Source of the DNA: the human T2T-CHM13v2.0 reference genome, Homo sapiens
Direction: 5' to 3' (one strand)
Length of the DNA stretch: 64,000 nt
Assembly (NCBI RefSeq): GCF_009914755.1
Contig: NC_060930.1
Shown here: positions 17,263 through 28,844 of the stretch, one piece after another
Layout of the letters: each line of letters starts with the position of its first letter
Position numbering within the stretch: the first letter of the stretch is position 1
Program-made: the position numbers and the translations under genes
Notes under the pieces: model-generated
What the model saw: only the letters and a program-made list of their open reading frames with translations
Database searches by the model: none
What the model was told of the DNA's origin: nothing

Positions 17263-18279
17263 AAATTCAGCCTAATCCAACTTTCTGTTCTTTCCACCAT
17301 TATCCCACACCCTTAATATCCATTTCCATGTCTGTTCTCCAGATTTCTGCTTATATAAGTTAGAAAACTAAAATAGTTCTTTTGGAGTGTAGCACACCTC
17401 CTTGTGGGTCATACTCTGAACCTTACCTCTAAGGGCTTGCTGGGACTTGAGTCTAGTTATAGGTCTAGAAGCAAACAGGGGTATTGGGGGTGGGTCCTGA
17501 GGAGAATCAGCATTGTCTTGCCTGGCAACTGCCTCATGGGATGTCATCAATGTTGCCTCAGGCAGTGCATGGTTAATCTCCTCAGACAAAGGTGGAAATG
17601 CTAAGGGCAGCCTAGGCAGGGGAGGGGATGCTGCCACCACTGAGGGTGGGGAGGCTGCATCCTCTGGCAAAAAAAGGTCATCAGAGTTTACAAGCTCAGT
17701 ATCCCCAGCTTCATCAGGGTCCTCCCACACATCCCCATTCCAAATTGCAGGGTTCCATTCTTTTCCAATCAGTGTCCTCACTTTAACAGTAGACACCTGG
17801 TGAGACTAAGTGTATCCCTTTCATTGCAGCTCAGCCACTCACATGATAAGAGCTTGTGTCTGATTTTCTGAAATTTCAGCTCTTTGTCTACAGGAGATTA
17901 GAGTCTCACTCAGGGCAATCTTTGAAGACTTGTGGCTTAGTATGTGTGTCTGGAGCAAGAAGTTAGGATCCCTGGGCTCATCTTTTTCTTCCATCACTTT
18001 GTCCAGCAAACTTAGGCACAACCAACCAACTTCATTATATTCCTTGGTTCTCCACATATGGTCAAATGTATTATGTATAGAGACACTAAACTCCTTGTCC
18101 CTCATGAGCAGTAAATCAGCAGTATCAGATGCATTTATTTTGCATAACTCTCTAAACAGTTCACACCAAGGACTCTCAGTGTTCTCCATACTATTAGAGA
18201 TAGAGTCCTTAGCATTTTGGGGTCTAATCATATTAAGCAACCAACTCCAGAAACCCCAAAACCAACTAAAGAAATTCAT
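17263..18279 (-). pseudogene. HERV-L gag remnants (N-terminal half)
   Basis: ORFs 17839..18279 (GFWSWLLNMIRPQNAKDS) and 17368..17796 (KVRTLIGKEWNPAIWNGDVWEDP). Confidence 0.88.
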
Positions 18280-18323
18280 CCTTAAAATTCTGCTCCTCTA
18301 GAACCACTCTCAGTACCATAATC

Positions 18324-18878
18324 TGTGTTAGGGTTCTCTAGAAGGACAGAAGTAACAGGAAAGATATATATATATGAAAGGGAGTTTATTAAGGAGAATT
18401 GACTCACATGATCACAAGGTAAAGTCCCATGACAGGCCGTCTGCAAGTTGAGGGGCAAGGAAGCCAGTAGTGGATGAGTCTGAGTCCCAAAACTTCAAAA
18501 GTAGAGAAGCCGACAGTGTAGCCTTCAGTATGTGGCTGAAGGCTTGAGAGGCCCTGGCAAAACCACTAGTGTAAATTCAAGAGGCCAAAAGCCAAATAAC
18601 TTGGAGTTTAATGTTCAAGGGCAGGAAGCATCCAGCATGGGAAAAAGGTGAAGCCTAGAAGACTCAGCAAGTCTGCTAATTCCACCTTCTGCCTGTTTTT
18701 TCTAGCCACACTGGCAGCTGAGGGGATGGCGCCCACCCAGATTAAGGGTGGGTCTGCCTCTCCCAGTCCACTGACTCAAATGTTAATCTCCTCTAGCAAC
18801 ACCCTGGAAGACATACCCAAAAACAATACTTTGCATTCTTCAGTCCAATCAAGTTGACACTTAATATTAACCATCACA
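18324..18878 (-). mobile_element. MLT2A2-like LTR (5' LTR)
   Basis: Homologous to 12368-12933 and ends 'ttaaccatcaca'. On the minus strand it is followed by 'gattatggtactgagagtggttctag', the HERV-L PBS/leader. Confidence 0.9.
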
Positions 18879-20169
18879 CTGAGTTAAGGATTTTCAACTC
18901 TTTATTATCAGAGAGAGCTTGCCACAACAGGACTTCGGGTTCAGAAACATTCCTCTGGATTCCGTGTAGCAAAAGGTTTGCAAAAGAGTCAGATGGGAAA
19001 CAGGGAGTGAGAAGTGGTTGAAAGAGAGATCACTAACCAAGGACAAATATCGGGGTTGAATTGATATGAGAAGTGCACATCCTAAGGACTGAAAGTTTTA
19101 AGTAGTGATAGTTGGAGAGACTAGTGTGTTGTCAACAAAGAGGAACATGGATTTTGCTCTGCTCGGCAAGGGCCCAACTAATTTTAGGGAACCTGAATGT
19201 GCAATTGACTAAGTTAACAAATCCTATAAAACTATCCAGCAATGCAAAGTGACCTGGGAAGATTAAGGCCTTGAGCATGTCCTGGGGCTGGAGATTAGTT
19301 AGACAGAATGAACATTTACGAATCCTCATAAATAAATAATTATATTGGAGCTGCCCATCTTAAACTTCCTTCATCCAAAAATGAATTATGTAATAGCTTG
19401 ACCTGGAATAAAGGTCAAAAGCTGATTTTAAGGGAAGAAGAGTGGCAGAGTAGAGCTAGACAGATCAGAGATCTAGGAAAGAAACAAAAGTAAACAAACA
19501 TTTCAGAATACTGACCATCAGAGGTTGGTCACTGTTAGTCTTGAACACATAGAAGATCCTATAATATAAATTGAGATACCTAGAAATATCATAAAAATAT
19601 GAAACATGATAATGCTGGAAGACTGTCTGTTTTGTTCACAGATCTATCTCTAGAGCAGTGGTGGTGCCCAGCAGATTTAAATAAATATCTGTTAAATTAA
19701 TGATTGAATTTATTTGTAATATTTGACAGAAACATCTAGATGAAGGAACAAAATTACTGTAAAAAAAATCCAGAGGAAAAACTTATTTCTTTAGCTTTAA
19801 TTTTCAAAAGTAATGTAAGGAACTTGCTTAGAAATGAAGGTCTGGTACAGGGAAAGGGTCCAAAAGGAAAAGACTTTTTGTAATAGTAATACACAGAATG
19901 TGAATAGCATTGCACAGCCCACAGTTTATCGACACATCTTCCCTGGTCTGTTACGTCAATGCACAGAACTGAGTATATTTAATTTGAAAGGCACAGAACA
20001 AACCAGAATATCTTCCTCTACAGCATAATGTGTGTCATACAGACTTTGGCTTTAATCCTTAGCTTTGTATTTGAGCATACGAGGCCTGTTAGGAGACATT
20101 TGACCACACACGGTCAAACAATAGCTTAACCGTTTCAATACTATCCAAATATTAGTATCAACATAATAG

Positions 20170-20400
20170 TAATCTGCATTTCTTTAACCCATTACATTTA
20201 CAAATATTCTTCATTTCTGTTAACTCATTTGCTGGATGGAATAACTCACTCTATATAGGCAAGACAGAGATACTTCACAGATGAGTAACTGAATTGCAGG
20301 GAGCTGACAGGATTTACTGTGACCACCTGATTAGAGGCAGAGCTGGAACCAAAATTTAGTGTGCCCAACCCAAACCAGCGTTCTTTCCAGTACCCCATAC
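20170..20400 (-). mobile_element. MIR
   Basis: 'ttcacagatgagtaactga...ggcagagctggaaccaaaa...ttctttccag'. Confidence 0.55.
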
Positions 20401-23400
20401 AGACACATCTCAAACCACAGTTGAGTCACATTTGAGAACATGGCTACAGCCCATGGTGCATAAGCTTTCAGTCTGGTGGTTTAAACGCCACTTGGCTTCA
20501 GTACAGAGCTTCAGCCTAATGACCTAGTGCCGAGTTTCAGAATGCATTGTGAAAATCTGGGTAAGAATCCTAAGACAAATGTTGCCCTCTTCCAGAACAG
20601 TAGGCACTGGCATCCCTCAGTGTGCATTTTGTTCAGGGAAAGTAATTGCTCTGAGGTCAAGACAGAGCATCTTAGCCATAGATTTCTACCAGCTTACTTT
20701 CATGGCACTGATTCTGGGTGAGATCACTGGGAGACACCAAGACACCAAGCAATTCAGCCTTTAGATGAACAACATAAAAAAAAAAATGCAAGTAGCCACT
20801 CCAGAATCACTTTATAAGGGACTTTAAAGAATACTATGAAACAAAAATAAATCCATTGCTCCATCTTTTTGTTACGTATTTCAGAAAATGAATTTGATGT
20901 GGTTTTATGAAGGAAAGCACACTTTACCTGACATCAGAAAGTTTGCTTTTTTGTCCCTCTATGCCAGCTGTGAGACTTTGATCAAGCCACCTGCTTCTCC
21001 TGAGCTTCAGTTTTCTTATAAATTTTTTTTAAAAAAAGATCTTTTTCAATTCTATAATATCATCATTTGGGTATTTTAAATAGTACTGAGTTTCGATTGA
21101 GATATATTTTAAAACTTGAACCCTGAAAATATCTAAAACAAAAAATAAATTATAGAAACATTGAATCATGTTAATATCTGTCAAAACTGAAGGATAGTAG
21201 AAATATGTTTGGAGCTAACGAATTTTCATATATTTTTTTGTTTCCACTCTGAGGTTTCTTGAGTCCTTATTCATTTGCCCAAGAAAGCTTAATTTAGAAT
21301 TGGCCTGACTCCGAGTCTTTAGGATTGGTTAGGATAGTCCTAAGTGCTACTTAAATGCCACCTTCTATTTCCTGGGCAAGAGTGCCCGGGCTGGCACAAC
21401 CCCACAGCCCAGCAGGGCAGCAGTGGTTGTGGTAGGCGCTGCAGAGGGGTTGCTGTTTCAGCCCCTGAAATTAGTGCCTAGAGAGCTGGAAATTCCAGTA
21501 GTCTCTGATCAGAAGGTCCGGAACTGGAAATAACAGGAGTGAGAAGTTCATAAAAGAGAAGGCTACAATCCCAAGGGAAATTTGCACAAGAGCCCACCAC
21601 TGCACACCACTTTCAGCAGAAAAGAATTCAACGCCACTCCTCCCTGGCTTTCTACCTTCAGACCTGTCTTCTCCTGGCTAATATTAGTATTAAATAACGT
21701 GGCACCTGTGTCTAGAGCTACTCAGTGAGAACAACAAGGTCCTCACCCCACCCTGCCTGCTTCTCTTCAATCCTCCTATTTCCTCTTCCTTACCTTCTTT
21801 CTGTTTTTTGTCACCTATTCTTCTTTCTGACTGTAATTCCTCTACCCTAGCAACTTCTCACATGGTTTTTGAAATGTCAGGCAGGGCATAAACAACAAAC
21901 AACATGGCCATACTGAATCTTTAGTGTCCACATTGCCAGAGTAGGGAATATGAATTTTTATAGCAGTTGTTAGTGTCCCACTCCCAAATAAGACTCCAGA
22001 TACATCCTATACCTGAGCAGGTAGAGGAGCCAGGTAGAGAGGTTCAACCTTTTATAAGCCCCATGAGACTTCTCTCCAGGCTCCAACCTCTCATTGAATG
22101 AAAATTAAATGACTTTTAAAAGTATAATTTTCAAATTTAAAAAAGAGAATATATGACTCATGGTATCTAATACATGTCAGTACCAATAGTCAGTTTTTCA
22201 AGTACCTTTTCTTTTTGGAAGTCAGATAAATATAAATCTCTAAATTGATATTAAAAACTGACATACCACCAACTGTGTCTGGAAACTAGCAGCTAGTGAT
22301 TCCTGATAATGAGGCCAGAAGCTGGTATCAATACGGCAATGTGGGAGACACTGCAAGTCTGATTGCTCAGCCATTTAACTGACGAATAAGAGGAAGACCT
22401 CAAGTTATCTACACCAAGATAAAGAGCTTGGGGAGAAGATTAACCAGAGTCAGTGCTTGAGAAAAGGAACATCAGTTAACTGAGCTTCTTAACTGTTTTG
22501 AGAATGTTGCTACTAAGCAAAAAACAGTGACAGGCACGGTAGATACATTCTTACCAGTCTTCAAGCAGTGCCTCTACCTTCATAAAGTAGGATAATCTAT
22601 AATGATTTAAATGGCAATAAGAAACTAGGTAAATATTTTAGAGTCCCCAGTCATACATCTTATACTCCAGCCATATCAAATGTCTTACTTTCTTTAAACC
22701 AGCCTAGCCTATTTATGGCCACTAAGGGTTTGAATGCTGTTACCTTCCCTATCTGAAATGTCTTCTCCTCTCCAGGGTATGGAGCACTGTTACCCAGTCT
22801 TCAAAACCAGCTCAAAAAAAAATTTTTTTTTTCTAGAAGATATCCCTTAGCCAAGTTAGGAATTTTTTCATGGGGGAGGAGGTGTCTCACAAAATTGATT
22901 TCTTTCCTCTTAGAGAATTCATCACATTATATCATAACTAAGTGAGCACATGTCACCTCTCCCCATTCCCACCACTTACCTCCCCCCAGAACTTAAGTTT
23001 AACTGGGGCAGGAGCCGTGTCTTAGTTCTCTGTTTGTCCCTAGAATAGGTCTGAAAGGTAGTAAGCTCTCAATAGGTATTGAAGAATGAGTTGAGAACGC
23101 AGCTGAAGGCAGGTTAGTGATGGGATTGGAGACAGCAGAGGTCCTGTTGGTAAATTCACCAAAGTTCATAGAGCAGGAAGGCCTTAGGAAAGCTCTCATC
23201 TCTTCACAGCATATTAAGTGATACCTAAGATATAAGTAAGCTGTATGTTTGTGGCTGTGAAGTTTTGAAGACTATTGTATTCAGCATAATGGAAAGAACT
23301 TTCTATAATTTCTTAGAAAAACAAAGGCAAGGAAACAATTCCTGAACAAACTAACAAAAAGAAACAAGTTTACTGTGTGAAGTCTCAGATAAGAATGAAT

Positions 23401-23534
23401 CTCCATCAGTGGATTCTGGGTGAATTTAAACTTCCAAGTTTCCAACATACAGGAATAAAATATTTAGAAGACAGAAAAAGTTATAACTGTAAAATGGAGT
23501 AGTGATAAGTACCTCACAAACATGAAAGAATTAT

Positions 23535-23654
23535 AATCTCTATTTTCTGTCTTTTTAAAGAAAGTGTGCATATGCCTCTATCTTGTATAATTAAAATCTC
23601 TATTTTCTGTCTTTTTAAAGAAAGTGTGCATATGCCTCTACCTTGTATAATTAA
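23535..23654. repeat. 60-bp tandem duplication (2 copies, 1 mismatch)
   Basis: 23535-23594 and 23595-23654 are identical except T/C at 23581/23641. Confidence 0.97.
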
Positions 23655-25534
23655 TGTAATGATATGAAAAGCTACCACTTCTAACTTCTCGTAGTTGACA
23701 AGATGAGGAGGCATCCAGAGGGCTGGAAAAAGCTCATGGTTACCTCACAGATTCTGGGAACAGAGCTCTCTAATCTGTATGACTTCACACACATTGGACT
23801 TGAGTCTGAAGAGAAGCCCAAGATAATTTCACAAGAGATGAAATTTCGAATTTTTTTCAGAAGGGAAAGTAAAACATCATCCATGTCTGGCAAGAATGCT
23901 GAGGCAGATACAGCATGTGTTTATGAACACGGGAATGATGACTTACGCATGTTTGGAGAAAGAAGTATATTTATTTTTCTTTGCAATCATCTCTATGTAT
24001 TTTTGAGGTACAGGAACACACATTTGAGAGCCCTGACACAGAAGGGCAGAAAAAAAAAGGAAAAAAAGAAAAGAAAAAAGAAAGACAAGACAAGACATCA
24101 AAAGGAAAGCAAAACTATACCATGTTGTCCTTGGAGGTGTAAGATGAGAGAATCTGAATGTGAAGAGACCAGTGGACTGAGTTACCCACTGGGAGACATG
24201 GGCTTTGCACTCTGTCTGGTTTAGTCATTCTAACTAGTACTGAGGCAGACAGAACTGGAGAGGAAAGACGGCAGGCCTTATATTCATAAACCCACTCTGG
24301 GAAGACAGCTGCAAAGGCTGCTGGTTCATCAGAGGACACAGTAAGAGCAGGTTTGGCAGAAGTGGCATTTGTGCTGCTGACAGTTCTGCTGTGCTCTGTG
24401 CTTTGCAAGGCTCCGAGGGACGCAGGACAAAAGGGCATTGATGATCTCTTGGCATAGTGTGAATGACAGAAAGTTGCGTGTGGGGCCAACAGGCGGATAG
24501 AATGAATGGCATCATTTAGAGCCAGAAGTCAAGCAGAAGGGATAGGGCGGGAACATTTTCATTTCTGTGTTCCATCCACACAGTCCCTAGAATTGTTCCC
24601 AACACACTTGGGAACTCGGTCAATATTAATTAGGAAGAAGGCAGAAACATACTTAGAAGCATGAAGTATCATTGAAAAAGACTGAATGTAGGCAGCAAGA
24701 GATGGAAAAAAACTTGACAAGGTATACTTACTTTGAAAGTTGGGGTCAAATCCTTAAGCTTTCAACTCATTTGCAAAGCAGAAGCTGAGATTCTTGAATA
24801 AATTCTCTGTTTTAAAACCTTAAACAGACAGGATTGAGTCAGTGGCTTCAGCAAGTAACATATTTTCTTTGCTTGTTTGTTTTCTAAAGGAAGAAAAGAT
24901 AAGGTCCCGAACTTCAGACATTGCTGAAATTCTGTTATTAGTGAATCAGGGGCTTGAAAGGCAAGAAGCTCATTAGTGGCTTCTGTGGAGAAGTCTGGGG
25001 CACTCCATGCTAGAAGGAAATGGAAAAGCTGCCAGTTAACAGCAGGAACATCTAAATCATCACACTTAGGAGGAGAACTGGAAAAACAAGACAGTATTTT
25101 ACCCTCCACAGAAAAATAATAGGGAAAGAAAGCCTTCATTGAGTATATATACGAAATGTCTTAAGTCAGGCTGCTAAATAAACAGCTGCTGTTGATGAAG
25201 GCAAGAAGATAAACAGGCATTCTTAATGGCCAGAAGGTTAGAGAGCATCAGCTGTGGGGTAGAGGGCACTTGCCATTCCTGATCACCAAGTCAAACATAC
25301 CTCAGGCAATACTGACTCAGAAACCAGCATCTGGTTGCCCCTCATTCTGTGGCAAATACTAGGTTCAGTCTATTACAATATCTCATAGCTTGGTGGCCTG
25401 GGTCATATCAACCAACCAACTAATATTTTTAAACATTGACCATATGCAAAATACTATGCTCATCACTGCCGGGAGTGTCACGGGGGGGGGTGGGGTGGGC
25501 GTGGGGCGGGAAGGGGATCACTGATTCATCTTTC

Positions 25535-25830
25535 CTTTTTTTTTTTTTTTGAGATGGAGTCTCACTCTCTCACTCAGGCTGGAGTGCACTGGCATGATCT
25601 CAGCCTCACTGCAACCTCTGCCTCCTGGGTTCAAGCAATTCTCTGCCTCAGCCTCCCAAGTAGCTGGGATTACAGGAGCCTGCCACCACACGAGGCTAAT
25701 TTTTGTATTTTTAGTAGAGACAGGGTTTCACCACCTTGGCCAGACTGGTCTTGAACTCCAAACCTCATGATCCACCTGCCTCAGCCTCCCAAAGTGCTGG
25801 GACCACAGGCGTGAGCCACTGCGCCTGGCC
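25535..25830 (-). mobile_element. AluSg-like
   Basis: Reverse Alu dimer with 'gaactcc...cctcatgatcc'. TSD catctttcctttt / catccttcctttt. Confidence 0.9.
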
Positions 25831-26129
25831 GCATCCTTCCTTTTAAAGCATGTCCCATGTACTTGCAGAAACAGGATCTAAACACAAAAAAGCATACAAG
25901 CATTGTGGTTCCCAGAATAGCATCGAATGGCCAAATGATAATAAATATTCCAGGGGTTGAAAGGAGGGCAAGATTGCCAGGATATGAGGTGTTTAATTGA
26001 ACTGTTCAGAGACCAAAGTACATTTAGGCTGAAAGATTGTCAAGAAAGAAATGCAGTCCAAAGCTTTTCAAAAATGAGAAAATTGAAGGTACCTGAGAAA
26101 TGTCCATGGTATTACAGTGACTAATAGTT

Positions 26130-26265
26130 CCTCGGAGGAACTTAGTATTTGAATCACAGTTGCACCATGTATTTCTGGAAAGTTATTTAACCTCTCTGCA
26201 CTCAGCTCATGAATAAAAGAGGAATAATGATAATAATCCGCACAAACTATTGTGAGAATTGAATC
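26130..26265 (+). mobile_element. MIR
   Basis: 'ttgaatcacag...aagttatttaacctctctgcactcag...ataatgataata...ttgtgagaatt'. Confidence 0.65.
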
Positions 26266-27923
26266 CAATCATTAGCCAACCATGACGTTCTCTCCCTCAG
26301 ATCCAGACTGAGCCTCAGACCCTTCTCAATACAGAGCCCCAGGCAGCCTCAGCCATTCCTAATTGAATAGAATTTCCAGTGAGATTCAACATACAAACAA
26401 TATTTAAACAACAATAAATAAACATTGATTTTTCAATAAATCAAGGGGATTTTTACTGCTATTGATGACAAATTCTGTAGACAAATTAAAAGCCACTATT
26501 TTTTTAAGTTGTAATCTAACTCCTTTCAGGAACCTAAATTATTTCTTGGTTTGATTCACAGCTTCCAAGTCTCACTAGATCATCGCCATTAGTTGAAACC
26601 AATTACACAGGAGGTCTCCACCGTGCCTGACTGTTCTCATAGCGGCTGCTTCAAAATAAAATGTATATTTTCATTTTTAGGTATGACAGGCAGCAGTCTG
26701 GTTTAATATTATGAGGTGGCATGTCATGAGGTGGAAGCTGAGCTTGCTTGCCCCACTTCAGTATTTCTTCCAGACAAGGAGGCTGAGATCAATTATAGTC
26801 ATATACACACCCCGCTGCTGTAGATGCTCCCCCCAACCATGTGGCTGTTTTTCATTTAATGGGCAAAGTAAATCTAAGAGCCACCAAATGTTAAATGTGA
26901 GAAGAGATCTTAGAAGTGATTTAGCTCACTCTCCCACCTAACATACAGTTAGTTCCCTGTCACTGAAGACCATGGGCTGAGGCAAGTCAGAAGTTCCCCA
27001 GCACCTTCATTCAGCAAGACCAAATTAAAGGCATATTAGTCACATGCAGAAAAGTTGAAGCAGCTGGAGCAGTGGCACCTGGGAAGGAAAGAGAACCCAC
27101 CTATTCTGTAATCTTCCCTAGCAAGGCCATCAACTGCTTGCTTAAGTCAGTGCAATATTACATTTGTGTCCAATATTGTAGAACTTGGAGAGGCAGGGCT
27201 AAAGAAACCCTAATTCTGATAGATCAACAATATCCTACGGAAAAGGAAGGAGAAATGTAAAAACGGTTGAGACTAAACATCCCTGCCTTACATAGTTCAA
27301 AGGGCATGTTTGTGGTTTAGGAACAGCCAACTCCAGAAATGGGAAGTTGTTGGGATGAAAGCCAGCGTGGAGATGGCTCCCTCTAGACTGTTTAATGGGA
27401 AGATTATGTGGTGTGTCCAGCTTCATAATGGAGGGAATCTAAGGGGCTTGTCGATGAAGTGCTGATTGAAGTACTCACCTGCACACCATTATTTATCTCC
27501 TTTGATTTGCCAAAGTATAAATAATCAAAATGATACATAAATTTAATTGCTGGTGTTGTGTAGTTATTTTTGAGGAACAGCCACAAATCTGAGATCTGGT
27601 ATTTAACAAACAACTCAGGCTACCTACTCAGACTAAACACATAGTGTGTTTTCCAGGCTGTAATTTTATAAAAACAAAATGTCTTTAGAGAGAGAACAAG
27701 CTAGTACTATTACTTTAAAAATCACTTTAGGAAAAGTTTCCTTACTAAACTAAAATAAAACATAGACAATGTAATCCATTTTTCTGCCTGGTCCTGATCC
27801 ACCCTGTTATGCCTTGTTATTACCTTCATTTCATTGACATCCCACACAAATGTCTTCTCTCTGACAGGCTCAGGGAGCAGATAAAATCATCTCTCTTATG
27901 GTGGGGCTTTGTTTCTCTAAGAG

Positions 27924-28844
27924 CAGAAGTTTGTAGACATTTCAGTTCTGGACCTTTTCATACCCTTAAAAATTACTCAGACTCTACAGACCTTTTGTTA
28001 TGTGTATTTTGTCTGTTGATGTTTACTGTGGTGAAAATTAAACATTTTTATAAAACTAATGTCACCAAAACAAGATTTAGTAAAAAGGGTGACATTATGT
28101 CATATGTTTGCACATCTCTTTATTGTCTGGATTAACAGAAGAGAACTGGGTTCTCATATCTACATCTGCATTTCATCTGTTAGGATGTGTTGTTCTAGTT
28201 GAAGTACACTATGTAAAGAACATCTAGCCTCACACAGATATGTAGAAAGAAAAGGGAAAACTATTCTAATAATCTTTTTAGAGAATTATAGATATTCATT
28301 CTACCCAAACTCAACAAGTAGTAATTTCTTAAAGATTAGTTGCAATGAGGCATCTGAAACATTACCAACAAACTTTTTGTACTCTATTACACTAAAATCC
28401 ATTGGTCTATCTTGTATTTTTAAGTGAATCTTTTATCCATGTATGATTTTTATAAGATCATTTTATAAGGTCATTGACATTTGTAATTATACAATATCCA
28501 AAAATCACATAGATCTGTGAGGTCACAATCTCATAGAAAAGTCTTAAAGTATTAGGAAGCTTTCAAGCTTATGGTGGTGGACAGAAGTGTATTTTTTCTG
28601 TGAGTATTTGGTGGCAAAGACTACAACTGACTACTTGTATAATTTGGAGCCACTGCCTTGATTTGTGCTAAGGCAATGGGAGTTTCATTCACCATAGCTT
28701 TTGCCCTATTAGTGCAAATGTAACAAAGGGAAAAATGCAAATAATGTCTTAGTATTGTTATGAAAATAGTTTTAATCTCAAAGACAGACTGGAAACTTCT
28801 CAGGGACCCACAGGGGTCCAGGGAACATAGTTAGAGAATTACTG
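27924..28844. mobile_element. Charlie1/Charlie1a hAT DNA transposon, internally deleted
   Basis: One end 'cag...ttctggaccttttcatacccttaaaaattactcagac'; internal 'cctcacacagatatgtag' and 'ttcttaaagattagttgcaatg'; other end 'gggacccacaggggtcc...gagaattactg'. Confidence 0.8.

Larger units (their letters stand above)
12368..18878 (-). mobile_element. HERV-L provirus with two MLT2A(2) LTRs, internally deleted
   Basis: Two homologous LTRs of about 560 bp, TSD ctgag at 12363-12367 and 18879-18883, PBS region next to the 5' LTR, and gag, pol and dUTPase remnants on the minus strand. Confidence 0.93.

Noticed and set aside
17368-18279. Possibly domesticated ERV-L gag (Fv1-like)
   Set aside because: Split into short ORFs by a stop or frameshift, and the C-terminal part is deleted.
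21370-21470. GC-rich patch with a CTCF-like ccagcagggcagca
   Set aside because: The core deviates from the CTCF consensus and the patch is too short and CpG-poor for an island.
23535-23654. CRISPR-like repeat
   Set aside because: Two adjacent copies with no spacers in eukaryotic DNA; this is an ordinary tandem duplication.
23703-24224. 173-aa plus-strand ORF with a lysine-rich stretch
   Set aside because: The K-rich part is an A-rich simple repeat (~24045-24115). No recognisable domain or exon structure.
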